From: Deltaproteobacteria bacterium
GTDB lineage: Bacteria; Myxococcota_A; Polyangia; Fen-1088
Reading direction: 5' to 3'
Assembly: GCA_033763315.1 (NCBI GenBank)
Contig: JANRKS010000020.1
Coordinates: 32,001-96,000, forward strand
DNA: 64,000 bases
Numbering within the stretch: position 1 is the stretch's first letter; each line of letters starts with the position of its first letter. Made by a program: the position numbers and the translations under genes. Below, in pieces: positions 1 through 8,630 of this stretch. The notes below the pieces were generated by a model. That model was not told the origin of the DNA. It ran no database searches and was given only the letters and a program-made list of their open reading frames with translations.

Positions 1-327
1 ACGGGTGAAGTGTTCGTGATTGAGATCAACCCACTGCCGGGGCTGACACCGGGTTATTCGGATTTGTGTTTGATCGCGACGGCCGCGGGCATCGACTACC
101 GCGATCTGATCGGTGAGATCTTGGCGGGCGGACTCAAGCGGATGCGACAGCGGCGACGCCAACCCGCCGCTGAGCCGGCCGACAATGCGCGGACTGAACG
201 GCCCAAACCACCCGTGGTTCAACGCGGCAGCGCGCCCACCACGCATGCCGTGGCCGCACCAGAGTCGGGGCCATTGGCCGTGGATGTGAACAACGACGAT
301 GCCGCGGCGTCTGTGAGGGGGCAGTGA
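1..327 (+). CDS. D-Ala-D-Ala ligase / ATP-grasp family protein, C-terminal part (5' truncated by window edge)
   Basis: Frame is open from base 1; EINPLPGL motif typical of the Ddl-family ATP-grasp C-terminus. Confidence 0.7.
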   Translation, partial: TGEVFVIEINPLPGLTPGYSDLCLIATAAGIDYRDLIGEILAGGLKRMRQRRRQPAAEPADNARTERPKPPVVQRGSAPTTHAVAAPESGPLAVDVNNDDAAASVRGQ

Positions 328-1445
328 CCGCACGTTGCCGGTTTCGCGACCTGGGCTTCGCGATCGGCCGCTTGCCGCCCGGCCCGGGCAACGCCATCAC
401 AGATGTGGCTGGCGTGCGCGTGGGTCACACCACGATCATCACGGGTGAGGGCCCGCTGGTGGAAGGCAAGGGCCCCGTGCGCACGGGCGTAACCGCGATC
501 CTTCCCCCCGATCCGATCTTCGAGAACCGCGTGCTCGCAGGGGCATTTGTGCTCAATGGCGCGGGCGAAGTGTCGGGCCTGACGCAGGTGGTGGAGTGGG
601 GCTTGATGGAGACGCCCATCTTGCTGACCAACACGATGTCGGTGGGCAAGGTCTCCGACGCCACGGTCAAATGGATGACCAAACGTTATCCCGGCATTGG
701 CACCGAATACGACGTGATCATTCCGCTCGTGGGTGAATGCGACGACTCATGGCTCAACGATGCGGTGGGGCGGCACGTGCGATCCGAGCATGTGTATAAG
801 GCGATCGATCAAGCCACGGCGGGGCCGGTGGCCGAAGGCTCGGTGGGGGCAGGCACGGGTTTGATCACGTGCGATTTCAAAGCAGGCATCGGCACCAGCA
901 GCCGCCGCGTGCCCGCTGAACGTGGGCACTACACGTTGGGGGTGCTCGTTCAGTCGAACTTCGGCGTGATGCGTGCGTTGCAAGTGGCTGGCGTGGCGGT
1001 GGGCGACGCTATGGCGAAAGAGTTTGCAGCGATGGGCAAACGCGTGCGCAACGCGGGCTCGATCATCTGCGTCGTGGCCACCGACGCGCCATTGTTGCCC
1101 TCGCAGATCACGCGCTTGTGCAAACGTGCCGCCTTGGGCATCGGCCGCACGGGCTCGTTCGCGGCGCACGGCTCAGGCGAGATCATCGTCGGGTTCTCCA
1201 CAGCCAACAAAGTGCCGCGCGAGAGCACGGGCATGACCACCAACTTGCACGTGTTATTGGACCCCGCGTGTGATGGTCTTTACGAGGCCGTTGTCGAATG
1301 CACCGAGGAGGCGATCATAAATGCCTTGTGTATGGCTGGCGACATGGAGGGGCAATCAGGCCACCACGCACCTGGCATCCCGCTCGATCGCCTGAGCGAA
1401 ATGCTACGCGCCCACGGATTGGGCCGCCGCGAACCGGGACTCTAG
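324..1445 (+). CDS. dmpA: P1/S58 family peptidase (DmpA-like L-aminopeptidase/D-esterase)
   Basis: NAITDVAGVRVGH, GPVRTGVT, EGSVGAGTG, GSI autocleavage site, ATDAP and HGSG motifs; GTGA overlap with the upstream gene. Confidence 0.88.
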   Translation: MTARCRFRDLGFAIGRLPPGPGNAITDVAGVRVGHTTIITGEGPLVEGKGPVRTGVTAILPPDPIFENRVLAGAFVLNGAGEVSGLTQVVEWGLMETPILLTNTMSVGKVSDATVKWMTKRYPGIGTEYDVIIPLVGECDDSWLNDAVGRHVRSEHVYKAIDQATAGPVAEGSVGAGTGLITCDFKAGIGTSSRRVPAERGHYTLGVLVQSNFGVMRALQVAGVAVGDAMAKEFAAMGKRVRNAGSIICVVATDAPLLPSQITRLCKRAALGIGRTGSFAAHGSGEIIVGFSTANKVPRESTGMTTNLHVLLDPACDGLYEAVVECTEEAIINALCMAGDMEGQSGHHAPGIPLDRLSEMLRAHGLGRREPGL

Positions 1446-1460
1446 CGCCTCGGCCCCCGA

Positions 1461-1523
1461 CGGCGGATTTTGACTCCACTCAAATTTTGCCACGGCAGAT
1501 TTTGACCTTGGTCAAATTTTGCC
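1461..1523. promoter_or_regulatory. Two tandem 31-bp imperfect palindromes (operator-like) upstream of the ATPase gene
   Basis: cggcggattttgactccactcaaattttgcc (1461-1491) and cggcagattttgaccttggtcaaattttgcc (1493-1523); each has dyad symmetry around TTTGA-N6-TCAAA. Confidence 0.65.
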
Positions 1524-1536
1524 GTACCTTCATCGG

Positions 1537-2661
1537 GTGACGAAGACCACGACGAGGCGATATCTTCGGGAGCAGGTCACGAACGACCTGGCTCGCAAGA
1601 TGGTCTTTGTCGGTGGGCCCCGACAAGTTGGGAAAACGACGCTTTCACAGTCCCTGCCGGGTGGCAGGGCAGGGTACATGAATTGGGACGCGGCCGACCA
1701 TCGTGAAGCCATCCTGTCGAGGCGTTGGCCAACGTCGAAACTGTGGGTTTTCGACGAGATTCACAAGTATCGAAGTTGGCGTGGCTTGCTCAAGGGGCTT
1801 TATGACACGCGAACACCCAAGCAACAGATATTGGTGACCGGCAGTGCGAGGCTGGACCTGTACCGATACGGGGGAGATTCGCTTCAAGGCAGATACCACT
1901 TCTTGCGATTGCACCCGTTTTCGGTGGCGGAATTGGGCTTGAAGACCGAGTCTGACTTTGCCGATCTTCTGATGCTTGGCGGTTTTCCTGAACCGTTTTT
2001 GTCGGGCTCGGCCGTGCAGGCAAAGCGGTGGTCTCGCGAATATCGAACACGGCTCATCCGCGAAGACGTGGCCGACTTAGAACGCATCTCCGACCTCGGA
2101 AACCTCGAGCTGTTGATGCTTCGGCTGCCCGAGCTTGTCGGCTCGCCGCTGTCGGTAAACTCTCTCAGGGAAGACCTGCAAGTGGCCTTCAAGACAGCTG
2201 AGTCTTGGATCTCGGTGCTAGAGCGCATGTACGCCGTGTTCCGCTTGCCACCTTTCGGCGCGCCCAAACTGCGCGCCGTTCGAAAGGAACAGAAGCTTTA
2301 TCATTTCGACTGGAGCCTCATTCCCTCGCCAGGACCACGCCTCGAGAATCTGGTCGCGTGTCACCTACTGAAGTGGGTTCACCATCAACAGGACACACAA
2401 GGGCGGGAGCTGGAGCTTCGTTATTTCCGCGATCGCGATGGGCGCGAGGTGGATTTTGTGGTCACGGAAGCTCGCAAACCCATTCTGTTCGTTGAGGCGA
2501 AAGTGTCCTCCGGTGCGCTTGACCGCAACCTCGCCTATTTGGCGGGCAAATTTCCGGGAGTACGGGCGTTTCAGGTAAGTGGCACAGGAACGGCCGACCA
2601 CCTAACGGATCACGGCATTCGCGTTTGCCCGGCCCGAACGTTTCTATCGACCTTGGTGTGA
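1537..2661 (+). CDS. AAA_14 ATPase with C-terminal DUF4143 (HTH plus PD-(D/E)xK-like) domain
   Basis: Walker A GPRQVGKTT, Walker B FDEIH, TGS, LQGRY, GGFPE, EVDFVV...VEAK; probable GTG start at 1537. Confidence 0.85.
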   Translation: MTKTTTRRYLREQVTNDLARKMVFVGGPRQVGKTTLSQSLPGGRAGYMNWDAADHREAILSRRWPTSKLWVFDEIHKYRSWRGLLKGLYDTRTPKQQILVTGSARLDLYRYGGDSLQGRYHFLRLHPFSVAELGLKTESDFADLLMLGGFPEPFLSGSAVQAKRWSREYRTRLIREDVADLERISDLGNLELLMLRLPELVGSPLSVNSLREDLQVAFKTAESWISVLERMYAVFRLPPFGAPKLRAVRKEQKLYHFDWSLIPSPGPRLENLVACHLLKWVHHQQDTQGRELELRYFRDRDGREVDFVVTEARKPILFVEAKVSSGALDRNLAYLAGKFPGVRAFQVSGTGTADHLTDHGIRVCPARTFLSTLV

Positions 2662-2689
2662 CATAGCGGCAATGGTCGCGCCGCTGTCG

Positions 2690-2803
2690 TTACTTCTTGA
2701 AGGCCGGGGCCATCGTGATCAAGGTAATGGCGCCAAAGAAGGCGATGATTCCCACGGTCATGAGCCAGGTCAACGGAACGATGGTTGGTGCGTAGATAGA
2801 CAT
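2690..2803 (-). CDS. Small single-pass membrane protein (37 aa)
   Basis: ATG at 2803 preceded by GAAGG; MSIYAPTIVPLTWLMTVGIIAFFGAITLITMAPAFKK is a hydrophobic helix ending in KK. Confidence 0.5.
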   Translation of the reverse strand: MSIYAPTIVPLTWLMTVGIIAFFGAITLITMAPAFKK

Positions 2804-2939
2804 GGTTACCTTCAGAAGTGGCGGTACCATACCAGACTTGGCGGCTGTCGCTGGCCCGAAAACCTGAAACAACGCGAGGCAAAATGGTGGGCCTTTCCCG
2901 CCTGGCGTCAGCGGCGAATGGGCCCTTGGCTGCCTCGGT

Positions 2940-3599
2940 TCAGCGGCGTTTGCGCGCGGCGGCCCGGCTGATGGTCACCTTGGTCAAGGTCACCGGGGTG
3001 CGCGGGCGATCGTTCATGTCCCGCGGGCCTTTGGCGATTTCCCGCACCACCTTGGCTGGTTTGCATTCCCCGAAGATGGTGTAGGCGCCATTGAGATGGT
3101 TGGCGGCCGCCTCCGTGATGAAGAACTGCGCGCTGTTGGTGTCGGGGCCGTAATTCGCCATCCCCAACAAGCCAGGACGGTTGAACTTGAGCTTTGGCGA
3201 ATGTTCGTTCGGGATGCGGTAGCCGGCCTCGCCTGATCCTTTGCCTGAAAAGTCGCCCGTTTGCACCATGAAGCCCGGGATTACGCGGTGAAACAGCAAT
3301 CCGTCGTAGTAAGGGCGCTTTTCCCACTGGTGCGTTCGAGGGTTCAAAAACGAGCGCAAGCCGCGCGCCAACCCGACGAAGTTCGCCACAGTGATCGGTG
3401 ATTCCTTCTCAAACAGTCGACAATCGAGTTGTCCTTTAGACGTGTCTAAGACGGCCGTCAGGGGCCCTTGGCCTTCGAGGCCCGCGGTTGCCTCCTCAAG
3501 CGTGAAGTGCCCTTCATGCGGATCCTTCTCCGCGGCTCCCGCCGGCGCCGCGCACAAATAAAGGGTCAAGCTCCAAACACTCAAGGTGAGATGTCGCAC
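2940..3599 (-). CDS. Cyclophilin-type peptidyl-prolyl cis-trans isomerase, secreted
   Basis: PITVANFVGLA, FHRVIPGFMVQTGD, GMANYGPDTNSAQFFIT, HLNGAYTIFG; N-terminal signal peptide. Confidence 0.93.
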   Translation of the reverse strand: MRHLTLSVWSLTLYLCAAPAGAAEKDPHEGHFTLEEATAGLEGQGPLTAVLDTSKGQLDCRLFEKESPITVANFVGLARGLRSFLNPRTHQWEKRPYYDGLLFHRVIPGFMVQTGDFSGKGSGEAGYRIPNEHSPKLKFNRPGLLGMANYGPDTNSAQFFITEAAANHLNGAYTIFGECKPAKVVREIAKGPRDMNDRPRTPVTLTKVTISRAAARKRR

Positions 3600-3665
3600 A
3601 GCACATACATATCACCAACTTGGTGACCGGTGCAGGGGCCTTACCCTTTGACCAAAAGCCGCGAA

Positions 3666-4910
3666 ATGAATTACGCTCGGATCTTCGTGAGGCATACACT
3701 GTGGCCGGGCGCACCGGAAGAAAGTGGAGAGGGCGCGGTTCCCCAAGCGGTTCGTTTGGAGGAGCCCTCGGTTCCCAACCCTCCCACTCCACCCGGGCCG
3801 ATCCTCACAGTTTCGTCGGAAGAGATCAGCCGCTTTTTTGTGCGCGCCCGGCGCGATCAGGATTGGGAGCGATGGGACATTCGATTGGACGCGGCTCTGC
3901 GTGAAATTCTCGAGCGCGCCAACGACTTTGTACCTTCTGAATCCGGAGGGATCCTCCTTGACGATCCACGGGCAAAGCTGGCCGGTGTTCAAACGCCGCG
4001 TCTGACGTTCATCGCGGTGTACGGGCCTGCGTCGTCTGAGCGTCTGGGCCGGCGCATTCCCTCTGATCGCGGTTTCGTTGGTGAGGTTTACCGCACCGGT
4101 GCGCCTCGCAGTGGCGTGCGTTTGGGCTTTGAAGATCCCATCACGATCTTGTGCCCCCCAAGAGGCACAAGCAAGCCCGCCGTGGATTCGATCATTGGCG
4201 TGCCCGTCATTGTTGGCGAATCAATTTGCGGTGTGCTCACGCTTGTGAACCGCCGATCGGGTGGGCCCTACACCGCGCGCGATGGCGAGCTGTTGCGCAT
4301 CTTTGCGGCGTATATGTCGTCGTCGATTCAAAACGCTTTGGACGCGATCCGCGCGCGCGCCTTGTCGCGGCTTGATCACTTAACGGGCCTGTTCAACAGC
4401 CGCTATTTTCACGTGCGTTTGCAAGATGAGATCGTGCGCTGCGACCGCGATGGCTCGAACTTGTGTGTGTTGTTCATCGACCTCGACAACTTTAAGGTGA
4501 TCAACGATCGTTACGGCCACTTGGCTGGCAGTTGGTCGCTGCGTGAAGTGGCCCGCGTGCTGTCTGAGAAGGTGCCTGCCGCTTCCATTTTGGCTCGCTA
4601 TGGCGGTGATGAATTCGCCGTGTTGTTGCCGGGCAGCGATTTGCCGCATGCATGCCGCGCGGCCGAAGAGCTGCGGCAGGGGATTTGCGATTTGGCTTTG
4701 TTCGACACCGAAACGGACGCGCACGGGCCGGGCATGCGGTTGCCGTCCGTTCAATGCTCGATCGGCGTGGCTTCATATCGCGATCATTTGGGGCCCGGCG
4801 GCACCAAACGCCGACGTGAAAACGTGCTGTTGAGGCTGGCAGACGCGGCCATGTACAAGGCGAAAGCTTCGGGGCGCAACCGCGTGGAAGTGGCCGACGG
4901 CGAAGACTGA
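3666..4910 (+). CDS. GAF-domain diguanylate cyclase
   Basis: GAF (IIGVPVIVGESICGVL), DHLTGLFN, IDLDNFKVINDRYGH, RYGGDEF, ADAAMYKAKASGRN; ATG at 3666 chosen as start. Confidence 0.92.
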   Translation: MNYARIFVRHTLWPGAPEESGEGAVPQAVRLEEPSVPNPPTPPGPILTVSSEEISRFFVRARRDQDWERWDIRLDAALREILERANDFVPSESGGILLDDPRAKLAGVQTPRLTFIAVYGPASSERLGRRIPSDRGFVGEVYRTGAPRSGVRLGFEDPITILCPPRGTSKPAVDSIIGVPVIVGESICGVLTLVNRRSGGPYTARDGELLRIFAAYMSSSIQNALDAIRARALSRLDHLTGLFNSRYFHVRLQDEIVRCDRDGSNLCVLFIDLDNFKVINDRYGHLAGSWSLREVARVLSEKVPAASILARYGGDEFAVLLPGSDLPHACRAAEELRQGICDLALFDTETDAHGPGMRLPSVQCSIGVASYRDHLGPGGTKRRRENVLLRLADAAMYKAKASGRNRVEVADGED

Positions 4911-4925
4911 CGCTAAACACCGGAT

Positions 4926-5552
4926 GTGAAACGCGCATCCGTTCGTTGGGCCGTGGTCTCGTTGGTGTTTGCTTTGGCGGCCTGCCGCTCGAAGCCGCGG
5001 CTTTTGCCGGCCGACAAAATTTTGGCTGAATTGCGCGGCGGCGACGGGCATCTGCTGTTGCAGGTGGGGCCGAGCGGCGACAACTTCGGCGACGAACGCT
5101 TGGGTTGGTATGGAGGGCCTGAGCAAGGTGGAACCTTGCAGCGGTTGCCGGGGCAAGCCGGTTCCGTCTCCGTCGACAACACGCACCTCACTTTGCGGCG
5201 CGCTGACAATGGCGATCTCGCCATGACCTCCAACGCGCAGTTGCGGCTCACCGTCGATCGCCGCGGTGATACCTTGCGGGTTGGCAACGGCGAGGGCTTT
5301 CCTTTGGCACGCATCCGCCTCGAAGGCGACGTGGCGCGCATGCATGGCCCCGGGGGCGAGTTGCAGGCCAGCGCAAAGCAAGAAGGCGGTCGCATCGTTG
5401 TGATGGACCGCGAAAACAAACCTTTGGGATATCTGACGGGATCGTTGGGCCCCGAGCAAGCGCTGCTTGCGTTTTTGCCCAACCTTGCTCCCGTTGAACA
5501 AGCGCTGCTGTTGGTCACCCCGGTGCCCGCGGTTAAAGCCGTGAAGCCTTAA
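4926..5552 (+). CDS. Hypothetical lipoprotein
   Basis: Signal peptide with LAAC lipobox; follows the DGC on the same strand. Confidence 0.65.
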   Translation: MKRASVRWAVVSLVFALAACRSKPRLLPADKILAELRGGDGHLLLQVGPSGDNFGDERLGWYGGPEQGGTLQRLPGQAGSVSVDNTHLTLRRADNGDLAMTSNAQLRLTVDRRGDTLRVGNGEGFPLARIRLEGDVARMHGPGGELQASAKQEGGRIVVMDRENKPLGYLTGSLGPEQALLAFLPNLAPVEQALLLVTPVPAVKAVKP

Positions 5553-5580
5553 CCGCAGGCAGGGGTGTATGTGCCGTCGC

Positions 5581-5793
5581 CTAGCTTTCGCCAGGTCGAC
5601 GGGCTAAGGCTTGCCGGAGGATGCGCTCGGCCAGTTGTTCGGGTTGCACCCGATACCGACCAGCGACCACCAGCCGCCGTAGGTCTTCGACTCGTGACGC
5701 CCGCGCGATGTCTTCGCCAGACTGCGCCGAGAGGAAAGACTGTTTGTTGCCCGCCGCCGCCCGCCGTGATGTGAGCCTACCTGTGCCCTTCAT
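5581..5793 (-). CDS. flgM: FlgM-like anti-sigma-28 factor
   Basis: RASRVEDLRRLVVAGRYRVQPEQLAERIL matches the FlgM C-terminal pattern; directly downstream of fliA; start probably ATG 5793 (MKG...). Confidence 0.75.
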   Translation of the reverse strand: MKGTGRLTSRRAAAGNKQSFLSAQSGEDIARASRVEDLRRLVVAGRYRVQPEQLAERILRQALARRPGES

Positions 5794-5801
5794 GTACATG
5801 G

Positions 5802-5828
5802 ACATCGGTGCACGCCCTGCGGGTCTTA
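5802..5828 (-). promoter_or_regulatory. Sigma-28-type promoter for flgM
   Basis: Minus strand TAAG-N15-ACCGATGT vs consensus TAAA-N15-GCCGATAA, with exact 15-nt spacing. Confidence 0.6.
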
Positions 5829-5950
5829 AGGAAAAAAAGCAACTTTTTGAAAACGGAAAAGAAACCGCGGAGTTACAACTCCCGGTTGGCCCCTTTCCCG
5901 AGCCTTCGCCGCCGTGCCTGCGGGCACCGACTGCGCGATTTGGGGGCGCC

Positions 5951-6976
5951 TTAGGCGGCGGCCTCTTCCAAATCCGTCAACGTCTCACGCAGGCGGCGCG
6001 TGGCCTCACCGTGGATCTGGCACACGCGGCTTTCCGTCACGCCAAGCACAGTGCCAATCTCTTTCAAATTCAAATTCTCAATGTAGTAGAGCGAGAGCAC
6101 CTGTTGCATCTTGTCGGGCAAGCGGCCAATGCCCTGCACAAGGCGGCCCAGCGTTTCCCGGTGTGAGGTGAGCTCAAAGGGATCTGGTGAAGTCTCGTCA
6201 CACGTGCGCTCAAGGAAGTCGGGGCCCGCATCGTCGATGCCCACAACCGAAGAGCCTGAAAGCTTCTGTTGGCGCGCGTAAAGCTCTTCAACGTCAACGC
6301 CTAATGTGTTGGCCAATTCTTGTTGATCGGGCGTGCGACCCAGCTGCGATTCAAGCTTGCGGGTGGCTTCGCGCAGCTCGTTTGAGAGGCGGCGCATGTC
6401 ACGCGAGAGCGTGTCGCGCGAGCGCAGATCGTCAAGCATGGCGCCGCGGATGCGGAACTCGGCGAAGGCTTCAAAACGGTCAACGCGGTTTGGATCGAAA
6501 CGTTCCGCAGCCTCCATCAAACCAATCACGCCCGAGGAAACAAGATCGTCAATCTCCACGTGGGCCGGCAAGCGGCGCGCCAAACGACGTGCAACTTTCT
6601 CGATGTAAGGGAAGAATTGAGCGGCGTATTGACGGCGTTTTTCAGCCAAGGCTTCAGCCGCGGTTTGTACGGGAGCGGCAGCCGCGCGCTTGGGCTTCTT
6701 GCGCTCACCGGCCTGCAGTTCGGTTTGCTTGACCGTCACATCAACGGCGGCGGCTTTGCTGCTGGTGGCTTTGGCAGGCGTCTTGGTCTTTTCGGCAACC
6801 GTCTTGACGGCTTTGGCAGGCGACTTCTCCGCGGGCTTGGTGGCCACAGCCTTTGTGGCAGGTTTAGCGACAGTGGCCTTCACACTTGTTTTGGTGGCGG
6901 CGGGCGCTTTGGTGTTGGCAACTTTGACGGTGGTGGCTTTGCTGACGGGAGGCTTGCGGGTTTGCACGGTGGCCAT
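5951..6976 (-). CDS. fliA: RNA polymerase sigma factor FliA/WhiG with a long Lys/Ala/Thr-rich N-terminal extension
   Basis: DDLVSSGVIGLMEAAERFDP, RIRGAMLDDLRSRD, LNLKEIGTVLGVTESRVCQIH. Confidence 0.92.
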   Translation of the reverse strand: MATVQTRKPPVSKATTVKVANTKAPAATKTSVKATVAKPATKAVATKPAEKSPAKAVKTVAEKTKTPAKATSSKAAAVDVTVKQTELQAGERKKPKRAAAAPVQTAAEALAEKRRQYAAQFFPYIEKVARRLARRLPAHVEIDDLVSSGVIGLMEAAERFDPNRVDRFEAFAEFRIRGAMLDDLRSRDTLSRDMRRLSNELREATRKLESQLGRTPDQQELANTLGVDVEELYARQQKLSGSSVVGIDDAGPDFLERTCDETSPDPFELTSHRETLGRLVQGIGRLPDKMQQVLSLYYIENLNLKEIGTVLGVTESRVCQIHGEATRRLRETLTDLEEAAA

Positions 6977-6988
6977 GCGGGGAATAAG

Positions 6989-7004
6989 TGCACGGCACGT
7001 GCCA
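6989..7004 (-). promoter_or_regulatory. Sigma-54 (-24/-12) promoter for fliA
   Basis: Minus strand TGGCACGTGCCGTGCA = TGGCACG...TGCA with GG-N10-GC spacing, just upstream of the fliA ATG. Confidence 0.75.
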
Positions 7005-7066
7005 GATTTGCGGCGACGGAAAATCGAGGACTTGCTGAACTGTCGCTACGAAAACCGTCGTAAACC

Positions 7067-7114
7067 GTCAGTGGGATGACGATCTCTGTCAGCTGACGCC
7101 GCCAACCGGTTGAC
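7067..7114. promoter_or_regulatory. Candidate upstream activating sequences (GTCA-N6-TGAC dyads)
   Basis: gtcagtgggatgac (7067-7080) and gccaaccggttgac (7101-7114), 63-110 bp upstream of the -24 element; same geometry as the FleQ box. Confidence 0.4.
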
Positions 7115-7184
7115 GGCGTTGCGTTCGCTGACACGTTTCCCATGAGCCGCCGACATGGCTCCAAAAGTAGGAGATTTGCACGAC

Positions 7185-8546
7185 TTAAGCGACGTTACGT
7201 CGGCGCAGTTTTTCGACCAATGTGGTGCGGTTCAATCCCAAAAGTTCTGCCGCACGGTTCTTGTTGCCGCCCGTTCGCTTGAGCGCTTGGCCAATCAAAC
7301 GATCTTCAAGTTGCGAAAGCAGCAAGCGCAGGTCCACGCCTGTGGCGGGCAAATCAAGCGGCGTGTTGGCGAGATCCAAAACGCTCATCCGCAGGTTGGG
7401 CGGCAGATCTTCAAGCGTGATGAACGGGTGGGAGGCCACGATCACCAGACGCTCAACCACATTGGCCAGCTGGCGCACGTTGCCCGGCCACTCATAGCCG
7501 CGCAGACGATCCATGACCTCGCCATCAAAGCCCGAGACGTTGCGGCTGTGGCGGGCGTTCATCTCCATCCGGAAGTGATCCGCCAAACGCGGGATGTCCT
7601 CGGGCCGCTCGCGCAGGGGCGGCATCTCGATCGGAATCACATCCAGTCTGTAAAACAGGTCTTCGCGGAAATCGCCGTCGCGCACCATCTGCTCAAGGTT
7701 GCGATGGGTGGCGGCAATGATGCGCACATTGACGGAGGTGTGATCGTTTCCGCCCAACGGCTGCACCACGCGATCTTGCAGCACGCGCAACACCTTGGCC
7801 TGCAGCGCCTTCGACATGTCGCCGATCTCGTCGAGAAACAGCGTGCCGCCGTCAGCGCTCGCGATCTTGCCTTCGCGGCTGCGGTCAGCGCCCGTGAACG
7901 CTCCACGCACGTGACCGAGCAGCTCTGACTCCGCCAACGCTTCGGGGATGGCGGCCATGTTGACGGCCACGAACGGCCCGGCCCGGCGTTGGCTGGCGGC
8001 GTGGATCAAGCGGGCCACAACTTCCTTGCCCGTGCCTGTCTCGCCGCGAATCAGTACGCTGGCATCGGTGTTCGCCACTTGTTCGATGCGTTCAAGCACC
8101 AGGCGTATGGCGGGGTGCTCGCCAACCAACGCCGCACCCTGCGTGGGACGCCAACCATTGACGGGCAACGTGGCGTCCAGGAACCTCACCACGGCCGCTT
8201 CAACCGCCTTGGGAGAAAACGGCTTGGCCACGAAGTCTAGGGCGCCTGCACGCAGCGCTGCCACGGCCTGGCGAATCGTTCCCGGACCGGAACTCACAAT
8301 CACCGGCACAATGGGTTGGCACCGCAGAGCCGCTTGCAGGATTGCGAAGCTGTCGATGGCCTCGGTCCCTAAGCTGGGAATGCAAAGGTCTGGTGGCGCG
8401 TCTTGCAGGGCCATCAAAGCGGTCTCGCCATCGCTGGCGTGCGACACAATGTAGCCGCGTTCAGCCAGGATCTGGCCCAGCTGTTCACGCGCGTTCTGGT
8501 CGTCATCGACGACAAGGATCGTTTTGCCCATTGGCTTACGTTTCAA
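7185..8546 (-). CDS. Sigma-54-dependent enhancer-binding protein (atypical REC-AAA-Fis HTH; FleQ/FlrA/NtrC-like)
   Basis: GETGTGKE, GAFTGA, LFLDEIGDM, WPGNVRQL, GNKNRAAELLGLNRTTLVEKL; receiver has Ser where the phospho-Asp is expected (PDLCIPSLG). Confidence 0.92.
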   Translation of the reverse strand: MKRKPMGKTILVVDDDQNAREQLGQILAERGYIVSHASDGETALMALQDAPPDLCIPSLGTEAIDSFAILQAALRCQPIVPVIVSSGPGTIRQAVAALRAGALDFVAKPFSPKAVEAAVVRFLDATLPVNGWRPTQGAALVGEHPAIRLVLERIEQVANTDASVLIRGETGTGKEVVARLIHAASQRRAGPFVAVNMAAIPEALAESELLGHVRGAFTGADRSREGKIASADGGTLFLDEIGDMSKALQAKVLRVLQDRVVQPLGGNDHTSVNVRIIAATHRNLEQMVRDGDFREDLFYRLDVIPIEMPPLRERPEDIPRLADHFRMEMNARHSRNVSGFDGEVMDRLRGYEWPGNVRQLANVVERLVIVASHPFITLEDLPPNLRMSVLDLANTPLDLPATGVDLRLLLSQLEDRLIGQALKRTGGNKNRAAELLGLNRTTLVEKLRRRNVA

Positions 8547-8630
8547 TCGGCGGGATGAAGGTGTGGCTGAAGCGATGCTGATCGCGTTTTGTGGGGGCTG
8601 GGGCTAACGCAACGGCGCAACATGGCGGGC

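Noticed and set aside
1461-1523. Mini CRISPR array
   Set aside because: Only two copies separated by 1 nt, no spacers and no cas genes.
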